Shown here piece after piece: positions 8,696 to 17,655 of a stretch of 44,904 nucleotides of DNA; position 1 is the first letter of the stretch, and every line of letters starts with the position of its first letter. The notes under the pieces were generated by a model that saw nothing but the letters and a program-made list of their open reading frames with translations, had not been told where the DNA came from and made no database searches. Position numbers and translations under genes: made by a program. The stretch covers positions 1 through 44,904 of the forward strand of contig CAIVNT010000208.1 of assembly GCA_903907305.1 (NCBI GenBank), given 5' to 3'. Source of the stretch: an uncultured Ignavibacteriota bacterium (GTDB lineage Bacteria; Bacteroidota; Ignavibacteria; UBA10030; UBA8401).

Positions 8696-10186
8696 TTACA
8701 GGTCGCCGACGGCACTGACCAATCTCTGCCACAACTCGCTGCCGTTCTCCCCATTTGTCATGATCACAATTCCCGAGCCGTTCTCAGGATCGAACTGCGA
8801 ATAGCAACGGAATCCTGTCTGATTGGAACCGCTATGATAGACGATGTTCCCCGTGATAGTAGAATCGATCGCCCAGCCGAGTCCGCGGAATGAGAAGAGT
8901 CCCATCGCTTTGCCCGGTCTGTCGGTTACCTCGCGCACATCCGAGCGGACCTGATGAGTGAGCATTTCTTTTCTCATCGACGAAGAAAGAATCGGACCAG
9001 ATTTCATGATACCGATGATGATCTTTGCATATTCTTCGGGTGTAGTATAGAGCGTGTAGGCGGCGTTTCCGCGGAGATATCTACTTCGTTCATTGTTCTT
9101 TCCTGCGGCATCATGTCCGGTGGAAATGAACGGATTCAATTGTTCCGTCCAGACAAAGCTGGTGTGCGACAACGAAAGCTTATCGAACAGCATCCGTTTG
9201 GCAAGTGACGCGAGCGGCTCATTCATGATATGTTCTACAACTCTCTGAAGATAGAACATCCCTTCACCCGAATAACTGAACTTTGTTCCCGGTTTGAAAT
9301 AGAGCGGGATCGGCGCATTCCGTTCATCTCCCGCTTTGCGCCAGTTCGGCATGCCGCTGGTGTGCGTCAGGATCATCCGTGCGGTGATCTGTTTCGAATA
9401 CGATTCATCAACGGAAACGAATCGTTCCGGCAGATAATGATAGAGCGGTTTGTCCAGATCCAACTTTTTCTGATCAACAAGCTGCAGAACAACGAACGAA
9501 AAGACCGGTTTGCTCATGGAGCATGCTTCGAACATGGTCTCTGTCGTTACGGCCGTCTCCAGTGATTCGTCTGAAACGCCGAATGCTTTGGACCATTCGA
9601 CTGTGTTGTTCTTGATAATGCTGATAGATACTCCGGGAACATGCAGTTCTTTCATTACGTCCGGTGTTAGCCGTTCAAGCTGTAGTATGACATCGGAAAG
9701 TTCATGTGAAACGTTCAGTGAATTCTTATCAATTACCAGAAGGGAAGTGTACGCTCCCCAGCGCACACTCAGATCCTTGTCCGATAACAATCGGACCAAT
9801 TCAGCAGCAGCAGAAGCCGCATTCGTTTTGTATTTACCAAGTGCGATGGCGGAACACCAGCGCACATCACTTTTCTTATCCTTCAACGAGAGCGTGAGTG
9901 CTGGAATTGCCCGAATCCCTTTCGGCGCGATCTTTCCAAGAGCGATCGCGGAACAGATGCGCACGTCGGCGCTGCTGTCCGACAGAGAACGGATGAGCGG
10001 ATCGACTGCTTTTTCACCATAGCGGACGATCTGAGTGATGGCATCACCGTGGACGAACGGATCGGCGGAGGAGAATTGCGCGATGAGTGATGCGATATTT
10101 TTTTCATCCGATAGATTTGAATTCAGGGCATCAAGGTGAACGAACAACGTGAACAAAAAACTCAGAACAATGATCGGTGTTTTCAT
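8696..10186 (-). CDS. Secreted HEAT-repeat / serine hydrolase (class C beta-lactamase-like) fusion
   Basis: Signal peptide; repeated VRxxxAxALG HEAT units; then S-M-S-K, LTHTSG, FSYSG and HSG motifs. Confidence 0.85.
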   Translation of the reverse strand: MKTPIIVLSFLFTLFVHLDALNSNLSDEKNIASLIAQFSSADPFVHGDAITQIVRYGEKAVDPLIRSLSDSSADVRICSAIALGKIAPKGIRAIPALTLSLKDKKSDVRWCSAIALGKYKTNAASAAAELVRLLSDKDLSVRWGAYTSLLVIDKNSLNVSHELSDVILQLERLTPDVMKELHVPGVSISIIKNNTVEWSKAFGVSDESLETAVTTETMFEACSMSKPVFSFVVLQLVDQKKLDLDKPLYHYLPERFVSVDESYSKQITARMILTHTSGMPNWRKAGDERNAPIPLYFKPGTKFSYSGEGMFYLQRVVEHIMNEPLASLAKRMLFDKLSLSHTSFVWTEQLNPFISTGHDAAGKNNERSRYLRGNAAYTLYTTPEEYAKIIIGIMKSGPILSSSMRKEMLTHQVRSDVREVTDRPGKAMGLFSFRGLGWAIDSTITGNIVYHSGSNQTGFRCYSQFDPENGSGIVIMTNGENGSELWQRLVSAVGDL

Positions 10187-10234
10187 AATAGTGATCCGTG
10201 TTTAATGAAAAGCGGAAGGGGAAATATCCAAATA

Positions 10235-10362
10235 TTGTCATTCCGAAACCCGCTCTCTATTTCACAACGCGGGGTGAGGAATCTGAATTATGTTTTTTGT
10301 GTAAGATTTCTCATCCCGATGTCCTATGCAAAATCCGTGAACATCGGGATTTGAAATGACAA
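10235..10362. repeat. TGTCA...TGACA-bounded REP/MITE-like element with internal hairpins
   Basis: TTGTCATTCCG...GAAATGACAA termini; internal GAATCT/AGATTT and ATCCCGATG/CATCGGGAT inverted pairs. Confidence 0.7.
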
Positions 10363-10372
10363 TCCAGTGTAT

Positions 10373-11374
10373 TTACTTATATATCTTTGTACAACGAGAG
10401 GAACTTCCCAGCTCTTTCTCAAATGAAAAGATGATCGGCAGTCCGCCGGTGTGGATGAAGATGACCGGAATGTTCCTGTCGATGATGTTCTTTTCCACCA
10501 GATCGATCAGAGCGGCCATGACCTTTCCAGTGTAGACGGGATCGAGCAGGATTCCTTCAAATTCCGCGCAGAGTCGGATCGCCTGTTCGCCTTCGTTTGT
10601 CATCACACCATATTCGGAATGATAGCGGTCATAACATTCGATCGGTATCTGTTCCGTGTTACTCTGAATGTTCAGCAGAGCAGCACTTTTTTTGAGCAGT
10701 TCTTTTGTTCTCTGTGTGATCCCTTCAATTGTCCGCGAAACGCTGATGCCGATGACCCGCGCCTGCGGAAGGTACAGCGAGCAGCCCAGGATGGTTCCCG
10801 CAAATGTTCCGCAGGAACCGATGCCGGTGATGATCTGAACGGGTCCATCCGGAAATTGTACTGATAATTCCTTCATCGCTTTCACATACCCGAGAGCGCC
10901 GGTGCCGGTACTTCCGCCGATGGGAAGAAGATACGGCTTTCGTCCCTGCGCCGTGAGTTCTGAACCCCAGCGTTTCATTTCATCCGTCAAACGGTCATTC
11001 GCATCATCATCCACAAGATAACGGATCTCCGCTCCGAACAGCGAATCGAGCAGGATGTTTCCTTGAAGGTCCGTGAAGTCCGGGCCGCCGAGGACGAGTT
11101 TCACGTCGAGTCCCAGTTTTCGCGCCGCCGCCGCGGTCATTCGTGCGTGATTGGATTGGATGCCGCCGGCAGTGACGACAACATCATAACCGCCGCTGAC
11201 GATCTCCGCGAAGATGTATTCGAGTTTTCGGGCCTTGTTCCCGCCACCTGCGAGTCCGGTCAGATCGTCGCGCTTCATCATCAGTTTCGACAGACCGAGT
11301 TTCTTTGCAAGGCGCGGCAGTTCATCGAGTGGCGTAGGGAGGTTGGCAAGGGGAGTGTATGGAATATAGTTCAT
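10373..11374 (-). CDS. D-cysteine desulfhydrase / ACC deaminase family PLP enzyme
   Basis: KRDDL, GGNKARKLEY, QSNH, LDPVYTGK and HTGG motifs. Confidence 0.92.
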   Translation of the reverse strand: MNYIPYTPLANLPTPLDELPRLAKKLGLSKLMMKRDDLTGLAGGGNKARKLEYIFAEIVSGGYDVVVTAGGIQSNHARMTAAAARKLGLDVKLVLGGPDFTDLQGNILLDSLFGAEIRYLVDDDANDRLTDEMKRWGSELTAQGRKPYLLPIGGSTGTGALGYVKAMKELSVQFPDGPVQIITGIGSCGTFAGTILGCSLYLPQARVIGISVSRTIEGITQRTKELLKKSAALLNIQSNTEQIPIECYDRYHSEYGVMTNEGEQAIRLCAEFEGILLDPVYTGKVMAALIDLVEKNIIDRNIPVIFIHTGGLPIIFSFEKELGSSSRCTKIYK

Positions 11375-11511
11375 CTTTATCAGTGTTCGTTAAAGACCGG
11401 CAACCTTCGCCATGATGAAATTATTTTTTCGAATCTTTTCAGGATCTAATTCTCTGCCGCGAGGTTATTCATTTTTTGAAAAATCTTAAAGGTTGGTCTC
11501 AGTATGACCAA

Positions 11512-11614
11512 GTCATGCTGAGCGAAGCATCCAGAGCATCCTTGCTGAATGTAATATGCTCTGGATCTTTCGGTCGTCCTATAATAAATTTTTTGATGAC
11601 TCCCTCAAGATGAC
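11512..11614. repeat. GTCA...TGAC-bounded REP/MITE-like element
   Basis: GTCATGCTGAGCGAAG...CTCCCTCAAGATGAC termini; internal ATCCAGAGCAT/ATGCTCTGGAT inverted pair. Confidence 0.7.
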
Positions 11615-11726
11615 CAATGATTTCATAGCCGTGGTCATTCGATAGAATGATGCCTTCGAATCCCCGATCATCAGGTCTCAAAGCGATGGTTCCCCCATAG
11701 TGATCCCTTCGGGAACAAGTAAATAT

Positions 11727-12872
11727 TCAAACATTCTTGACTGTTTCGATGGTTTCATTATAGACAACCCCGCGCTCTTTCAAACCGTTGAGCATGAATT
11801 CTACGCATTCCGGCTGCTGTCCGATGAATTCCGGCGGTGAGATCCCTTTCCGTGTGAACAATCCTTTCGCGACCATCCGTAGGGCGGTGGTAGCGGTGTA
11901 TCCAGTCACGCGGGACATGGAGTGGACATTCGTCGCAGCATCGTGACGATCGAACAGATCGTACGTGTAACGGATTCTGTCGTTCCCCTTTTTCCCTTCG
12001 ACGATCACTTTCATCACCGTGAATTCTTCGTCATTCTCTTTCAGTTCCCACATCGGAAAGAGGAGTTTCGTCGCGACATCCAGCGGACGAACCTTGACCC
12101 CTTTTACATCGATCTCCTTTTCACTGAAGAATCCCGATTCGCGAAGGACCATGATCTTCTCGATATGTCCCGGATAACGCAATGTTTTTTCTTTCATGTT
12201 CGGCGCTTTCAGTGTGACCGCAAGTGAGCGAAGTCCATCACTGTTGAACGCTTCGAGCGTGCCGATATTCGGGAAGGAAAGGAATTCCGGATCGGAAAGA
12301 GCGGGACGAGTCACCAGGACGCCGTTCTCCACATAGCGGGCAGGACGCGTGTACTCTTCGATGACATCGATGGGAGAGAACGGAGCTTTATATTCGTACG
12401 GCCAAGTGCGGATAAAGGGGAGTCCTCCGACGTAGATCAGCACGGTCTCAGTGGAATCGAGCAAATGATCGACATGGCCGGCGAGAAGATTGCTCATACC
12501 GGGAGCAACGCCGCAGTCCGTCACCGCGATGACATTCTTTTCTTTAGCAAGCGCATCGAGCAGAAAGCAGTCCTCCGGAAAGAATGCGATATCCACCACG
12601 TTCTTACCGGCGGAGATAATCTGTTTCATCGTGTTGAATCCCATAAACCCGGGGACGGCATTCAGGACGATATCGGCCGGCGCTAATAATTTTTTCAGTT
12701 CTTCGCTGTTTGAAAGATCTGCCTGGATCTTTTTGATTGGCAGCGCAGAAGGAATTTTATTGAGGCTGTCCGCGCTGCGATCAGCAACGGTGACAGTGAA
12801 TGATGGATCGTGTGCAAGATCGGCCGCCATGGGGCGTCCGACAAGGCCTGAGCCGAGGACGAGGACGTTCAT
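11727..12872 (-). CDS. Saccharopine dehydrogenase / lysine 6-dehydrogenase family protein
   Basis: GSGLVG Rossmann motif, DCGVAPG, KTLRYPGH; ATG at 12872 with GGAG upstream. Confidence 0.9.
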   Translation of the reverse strand: MNVLVLGSGLVGRPMAADLAHDPSFTVTVADRSADSLNKIPSALPIKKIQADLSNSEELKKLLAPADIVLNAVPGFMGFNTMKQIISAGKNVVDIAFFPEDCFLLDALAKEKNVIAVTDCGVAPGMSNLLAGHVDHLLDSTETVLIYVGGLPFIRTWPYEYKAPFSPIDVIEEYTRPARYVENGVLVTRPALSDPEFLSFPNIGTLEAFNSDGLRSLAVTLKAPNMKEKTLRYPGHIEKIMVLRESGFFSEKEIDVKGVKVRPLDVATKLLFPMWELKENDEEFTVMKVIVEGKKGNDRIRYTYDLFDRHDAATNVHSMSRVTGYTATTALRMVAKGLFTRKGISPPEFIGQQPECVEFMLNGLKERGVVYNETIETVKNV

Positions 12873-12906
12873 TGATTCTCCAAGTAATAAAATAATTTTT
12901 ATGAAC

Positions 12907-12935
12907 ACCTTCCAGGTTTTAAAAACCTGGAAGGT
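12907..12935. repeat. Perfect 29-bp palindrome
   Basis: ACCTTCCAGGTTTT-A-AAAACCTGGAAGGT. Confidence 0.75.
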
Positions 12936-12959
12936 TTTTTGCTATTCGTTTTGAAAATG

Positions 12960-13092
12960 TGTCGCACTTTGTCTGAATGCAGTGAAGAATCTGAGAGACG
13001 TATGATTAATATCAGATTCCCCGCTTGACCGACGTCAGTCGGGCAGGTTCGTCCCGCTGAGGAAAAAAATTTGAGCGGACTCGGAATGACAA
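12960..13092. repeat. Degenerate GTCA...TGAC-family element with nested hairpins
   Basis: Ends CTCGGAATGACAA; internal GAATCTGA/TCAGATTC pair and a CCGAC-GTCA-GTCGG hairpin; left terminus eroded. Confidence 0.55.
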
Positions 13093-13281
13093 TGGTTAAA
13101 GAGTAACAAAGAGAAGCAGAATCATAGTCCGCTGAAACGATTCATGTAGCAGATCGTTGCACTCAGATTCTGTATATGGGAAGTGTGTGTGATTGATTGT
13201 CCTCGTTAAAGAGTTGAACGCTGTAACGCACTCAATGTATCGAAGCGCCGATACGAAATCAAGTATCGGCCAGTCATCTTT

Positions 13282-15210
13282 TTACTTTACCAAAAGTAGT
13301 TTTCTCGTCTGGAAGAACGTTCCCGACTCCAATCTGCAGAGATATATTCCCGCAGAAACATCCGCGTTCCATTGCACGCTGTGCGAACCGGCTTCGATCG
13401 TGCCGTTCACCAGTGTTGCCACATTCTGTCCCAGCACGTTGAATATCCGCAGTGTCACGTGCGATGATTGCGGAACGTCGAACTGAATGGTGGTGCTCGG
13501 GTTGAATGGATTGGGATAGTTCTGTTCCAGCCGGAACTCTTTCGGCAGAATAGCGAACGCATCGTTCACCGATGCCGGTGAAGAAACGATGCGGATATCA
13601 TCCAGCCATAATTCCTTTCCCGTAAGACTTGCCTGTTCCGCGACGATCTCAAAACGGTCAACTGCTTTCCAATCAAATAATCCGGAAGGATTGTACCACG
13701 TGCTGTCCCACGAGCCAGTCTCGGACATGTTTTTTAACTGAATGGAATAGGTATGCCAGTTCCCGTCCCACGCAATGTTGAGACCGGTAACGGTCGAGCT
13801 CATCCGCCAGGGATGGTCGGAAGGACCGCTCTTTGAGTCGATGAACCGTACATCGAACTTGAGTCCGGGCGAAGAACTCTTTACACGCATCTGAAGCCAG
13901 TATCCGTTGTTCTTCAGCAGCGAAAGGTCCTTGTCCGGAACAAAATCAAAACCGACACGGTCGTATTGCGCGCCGTTCTTCCAGTTGATGCAGTATTTTC
14001 CACTGAATGGTGCAGGTGCATAGAGATCGATGCCCGCTCCGTTGTTGGACTGGACAACATTCTGTCCGAAATAATCTCCGTACAATTCCACTGCGGACGA
14101 ATCCGGCTTGATCGAAAAGATACTTTGAGGAGGAACGTTGAATCCCAATGCCGAAATGAGCGGAACATTCAGATCATAGTCGAACATCGCCGCGGAGCCT
14201 TTTTTGAAGATGCCGAAACCTCCCTGATAATCCCACGATGTCCATGCGATCCCCTTCTCTTCAAGATAGGAACGGACAGTCTGGTAATATCGAACCCGGT
14301 CCTCGTTGATGCTGTTCCTGTCGAACGCACCGAACTCACCGCAGAAGAGTTTTACATTTTTGTTCTTTTGAAAATTCACCGCAATGTCGAGGATTTTCTT
14401 GACATTCGCCGCCGTCCCGATCGTGCTGTAGTTATTGTAATCATTTTGGTAATATGTGCCGTTCAGCGCTGCAGGGAACACCGGCATGCGTGCAGCATCG
14501 TAGGGAAAAGGAATTCCCGCAAGCGGCTCCATGGAGGGAGAGGCCCAACTTGCTCCCTGATGCGAGAAGATGAACGGGTCGTAAAAATGGAATGTATAGA
14601 TGAGATTGGTATCCGGATACCAGGGCATCGCATTGAGATTGTTGTAACTGTTCCAGCCCGCAGGACCGATGACGATGGTATGTTTCGTATCCACGGAACG
14701 GATAGTATCGATCACCATCTGCTGAATGATGTTCCAAACGATATCATTGATGCCGTGCGGTTCGTTCAGCACCTCATAATAGACCAGCGGCGACCGATCC
14801 TTAAAATGCGCGGCCATCTGCTTCCATACCGGCGCGAGAATGATGCCGACATTCGGCTGCGTATTCACCGCAGGGTCGAAACTATGGTTGTCCAATATAA
14901 TATGCAGCCCGAGCTCTTCCGCCCAGTTCACCGCTTCATCAAGAAAATCGAACAATAGTGGATCGATGGTATAATCCGGTGCACCCGATGTCATATTGTG
15001 CATGGCGATGGGAAGACGGATCACGTCACAGCCGAGCGATTTGATGTTCTGAAAATCCTTTTTCGTATATTTCGTGAATTGGATCTGCCGGGCACTCGGC
15101 TGCTCCATCCATGTGCTCAGGTTGACGCCGCGTTTGAACGGTACCTCTCCGGCCGGAAGGGATGTTACAAACGGGAAAATTAACAGTGCTGAAAAAATAA
15201 ATTGTCTCAT
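13282..15210 (-). CDS. GH5 glycoside hydrolase with CBM-like domain and C-terminal secretion/sorting domain
   Basis: RGVNL, IRLPI, EVLNEP (acid/base), HFYDP, GEFG (nucleophile); C-terminal LEQNYPNPFNPST domain. Start at ATG 15210 gives a signal peptide. Confidence 0.92.
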   Translation of the reverse strand: MRQFIFSALLIFPFVTSLPAGEVPFKRGVNLSTWMEQPSARQIQFTKYTKKDFQNIKSLGCDVIRLPIAMHNMTSGAPDYTIDPLLFDFLDEAVNWAEELGLHIILDNHSFDPAVNTQPNVGIILAPVWKQMAAHFKDRSPLVYYEVLNEPHGINDIVWNIIQQMVIDTIRSVDTKHTIVIGPAGWNSYNNLNAMPWYPDTNLIYTFHFYDPFIFSHQGASWASPSMEPLAGIPFPYDAARMPVFPAALNGTYYQNDYNNYSTIGTAANVKKILDIAVNFQKNKNVKLFCGEFGAFDRNSINEDRVRYYQTVRSYLEEKGIAWTSWDYQGGFGIFKKGSAAMFDYDLNVPLISALGFNVPPQSIFSIKPDSSAVELYGDYFGQNVVQSNNGAGIDLYAPAPFSGKYCINWKNGAQYDRVGFDFVPDKDLSLLKNNGYWLQMRVKSSSPGLKFDVRFIDSKSGPSDHPWRMSSTVTGLNIAWDGNWHTYSIQLKNMSETGSWDSTWYNPSGLFDWKAVDRFEIVAEQASLTGKELWLDDIRIVSSPASVNDAFAILPKEFRLEQNYPNPFNPSTTIQFDVPQSSHVTLRIFNVLGQNVATLVNGTIEAGSHSVQWNADVSAGIYLCRLESGTFFQTRKLLLVK

Positions 15211-15226
15211 TAGTATCCTTAAAGAG

Positions 15227-15317
15227 TTTGCCACGAAAGCACGAAGACACAAATGATGGAAAAGAATATTCCACTAAATATTTGTGGGATTTTGTGCCTT
15301 GGTGCTTTTGTGGCGAA
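15227..15317. repeat. Intergenic inverted repeat built from 8-9 bp units
   Basis: TTTGCCACGAAAGCACGAAGACACAAA pairs with TTTGTGCCTTGGTGCTTTTGTGGCGAA. Confidence 0.7.
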
Positions 15318-15327
15318 TATGTAAACG

Positions 15328-16485
15328 CTATTCCGTTATTGTCTTCAAATACTGCTTTCGATATTCAGACGGAGTTTGCCCACACTGCTCTTTGAAGAGT
15401 GTGTTGAACGTTGCCTTCGAATTGAAACCCGCATCGAACGCGATGGAAATAATCTTCAGATGCTGTTTTGTGGGATCCGCAAGGTCCTTCTTCACTTCGT
15501 CAAGCCGGTATCCGTTCACAAAATCGTAGAAATTCTTTTTCAGTCTTGTGTTGATCACTTCGGAAAGATTGTGCGCCGAAACAGAGAGTGCTTCCGAAAG
15601 TTCGGTAAGCGTCAACTGACTGTTCCGGTAGAACTTCTTCTCTTCCATCAAACGAAGAAGGGATACGTGCAGCAGATCTGCCGTCTCTTCGGTCAGTCCG
15701 GACCGTTCATATTTGACCGCTGCCGTCTGTTCGATCTCCTCCACCACATGCATCGCTTTTTCTACGACAGGATCGGCAAGCACTTCGGTCTTTACGAGTC
15801 CTCCGTACCCCATTCCATAGACATACATCGCGAATCCAATGGAGGAGAGGATAAAATTGGAGATGTTGATGCCGCGAAGCATCAGCAGGTCTTCAATCAC
15901 AAAAAGGGAAACAGCAGCGAGTCCGGCAATAGTGATATTCCGCAGCCAGGTCAGTCGGATCGTTTCGACGGATGAAGCGACATCTTTCACATGAAGATCG
16001 TACCGATTGATCGAACGGATGCTGAGTCCAAGATATGTAAGTCCTTGAAGCATGACCATGATGTTGAACAGCCTCAACAGCACAGGAGTAGCCGCAGCAT
16101 CTGCAATCCCTTCCTGCGAAAGGTCGATCGTGGAGGCCGAAATGGAAACGATCAGGATGATCTCGTACACGGCAAACAGAATGAAATGCAGAAGTTCCTT
16201 TGACGTGAACCGCTGCGAACGTGCGATGAGATGTTTTGTATAGAGCCAGTGAAGCGGAAGTGCGATGAGCGGGAATCCGCTGATCAGAAAGATGTACGGG
16301 AGTTGGACGTAGATCCCGGTATCCTGCAGCAGCAGGTGAACGAGTACGAGCGTGTAGCTGAACATGAGCATCGCAAGATAGCGGTTTGCGAATACTGCGT
16401 GGTGCTTCTGCACGATCAGCACGGAGAGCAGGAATCCCTGCGCGGCAGCGATGATGACCAGGATATTCGGAAGATTCAATTCCAT
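15328..16485 (-). CDS. Membrane-spanning AraC-family transcriptional regulator
   Basis: Multiple N-terminal TM helices; C-terminal NFYDFVNGYR and IAFDAGFNSKATF...TPSEYR. Confidence 0.92.
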   Translation of the reverse strand: MELNLPNILVIIAAAQGFLLSVLIVQKHHAVFANRYLAMLMFSYTLVLVHLLLQDTGIYVQLPYIFLISGFPLIALPLHWLYTKHLIARSQRFTSKELLHFILFAVYEIILIVSISASTIDLSQEGIADAAATPVLLRLFNIMVMLQGLTYLGLSIRSINRYDLHVKDVASSVETIRLTWLRNITIAGLAAVSLFVIEDLLMLRGINISNFILSSIGFAMYVYGMGYGGLVKTEVLADPVVEKAMHVVEEIEQTAAVKYERSGLTEETADLLHVSLLRLMEEKKFYRNSQLTLTELSEALSVSAHNLSEVINTRLKKNFYDFVNGYRLDEVKKDLADPTKQHLKIISIAFDAGFNSKATFNTLFKEQCGQTPSEYRKQYLKTITE

Positions 16486-16617
16486 GATGAAAGATAGCGG
16501 TAAATGAGATGAACAACAACGGACAAAAACCGGCAGTCCATTTCTGGACGAATTGTATGAACACCAACTAAATGCTACATTGGTCAGTCATTGCCCATAA
16601 AATTCATTGGAGTTCAT

Positions 16618-17298
16618 TTGTACAAACTTATTTTAGCAGATGCAGACGATACGCTCTTTGATTTCAGTGCGACCGAACATTTCGCCGTTGAACGAACCTT
16701 TACCGGAATGGATGCCGGCATCCCGCAGGAAGAACTTATTGCCGAATATCACCGCATTAACAAGATCCTTTGGAAAGAAGTGGAGATCGGAACGATGGAC
16801 ACGAAGCGGATCCGTTCGGAACGCTTCCGGAGGCTGTTTGTTAAATTGAATCTCCGGCATTCAGCAATAGAATACGGTGAACGGTATATCGGTTATCTGA
16901 GTGAAGGAACGACACTGCTGGATGGTGCGGAGGAGCTGTGCCGGATGTGGAGTGCGCGTTGTCCGTTGGTGATCGTCACAAACGGAATCGCCGATGTGCA
17001 GCGGACAAGGATCGAACATTCTACAATCCGTAATTTTATCAGCGGCATCATTATTTCAGAAGAGGTGGGGAAAAGCAAGCCAGACGCACGCATGTTCGAA
17101 GCGGCATTGAAGTGCGTGAATCATACGGATAAACAGAGCGTTCTGATGGTTGGAGATTCTCTTACGTCGGATATTCTGGGAGGCATAAATTTCGGCATCG
17201 ATACATGCTGGTACAATCCGAAAAGCCTGCCGAATACGCTGAATGCAAAGCCGACGTATCAGGTGAAAACACTCAGCGAACTGTTGGGTATCATTTAA
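16618..17298 (+). CDS. yjjG: YjjG-family HAD nucleotidase
   Basis: DADDTL, VTNG, KPD and GDSLTSD motifs. Start taken as TTG 16618 after GGAG; the ORF track begins at 16591. Confidence 0.85.
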   Translation: MYKLILADADDTLFDFSATEHFAVERTFTGMDAGIPQEELIAEYHRINKILWKEVEIGTMDTKRIRSERFRRLFVKLNLRHSAIEYGERYIGYLSEGTTLLDGAEELCRMWSARCPLVIVTNGIADVQRTRIEHSTIRNFISGIIISEEVGKSKPDARMFEAALKCVNHTDKQSVLMVGDSLTSDILGGINFGIDTCWYNPKSLPNTLNAKPTYQVKTLSELLGII

Positions 17299-17299
17299 T

Positions 17300-17566
17300 T
17301 TCACCGCAGAGTTCGCAGAGCACGCGGAGAAATAATGCAGCCCCTGACAGCATTCAAGTTGTATCCACCACGGAGAATAAATGTAGGAACGGACGTTTAC
17401 CCGCCAGTCATGGTGAGCGAGCACCAAATCCTTCTTAAGAGCGAGTCGAACCATGGCGGGCAAGTCTGTTCTGAAGCAATAGAACACGGATCACACGGAA
17501 AGAACGGATCCGCACGGGTAAATATTTTACACCGCGTCATTCCCGCGTGATCCTGGCGGGAATCCA
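17300..17566. repeat. Cluster of nested REP-like fragments from several families
   Basis: CGCAGAG 9-bp units, GTAGGAACGGAC..GTCTGTTC arms enclosing CCCGCC..GGCGGG, ACGGA 9-bp units, and CGTCATTCCCGC..GCGGGAATCC. Confidence 0.6.
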
Positions 17567-17608
17567 CGTAAATGAGATGTAGGACACATATTGTAATAGA
17601 AAGTATTT

Positions 17609-17647
17609 AAAACAAAAAATCCCGCACGAGGCGGGATTTTTTGTTTT
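17609..17647. terminator. Bidirectional intrinsic terminator between yjjG and typA
   Basis: AAAACAAAAAATCCCGC-loop-GCGGGATTTTTTGTTTT. Confidence 0.9.
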
Positions 17648-17655
17648 GCGGTCGA

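Noticed and set aside
11499..11681. 60-aa ORF between the desulfhydrase and saccharopine dehydrogenase genes
   Set aside because: It mostly overlaps the GTCA...TGAC repeat element (11512-11614), has a TTG start and shows no recognisable motif.
13966..14958. Long antisense ORFs (330 aa here; also 38321-39028 and 37370-38002)
   Set aside because: They are shadows of well-supported genes on the opposite strand and carry no motifs of their own.
17335..17550. 71-aa ORF downstream of yjjG
   Set aside because: It runs through the nested repeat cluster and is probably a chance ORF.
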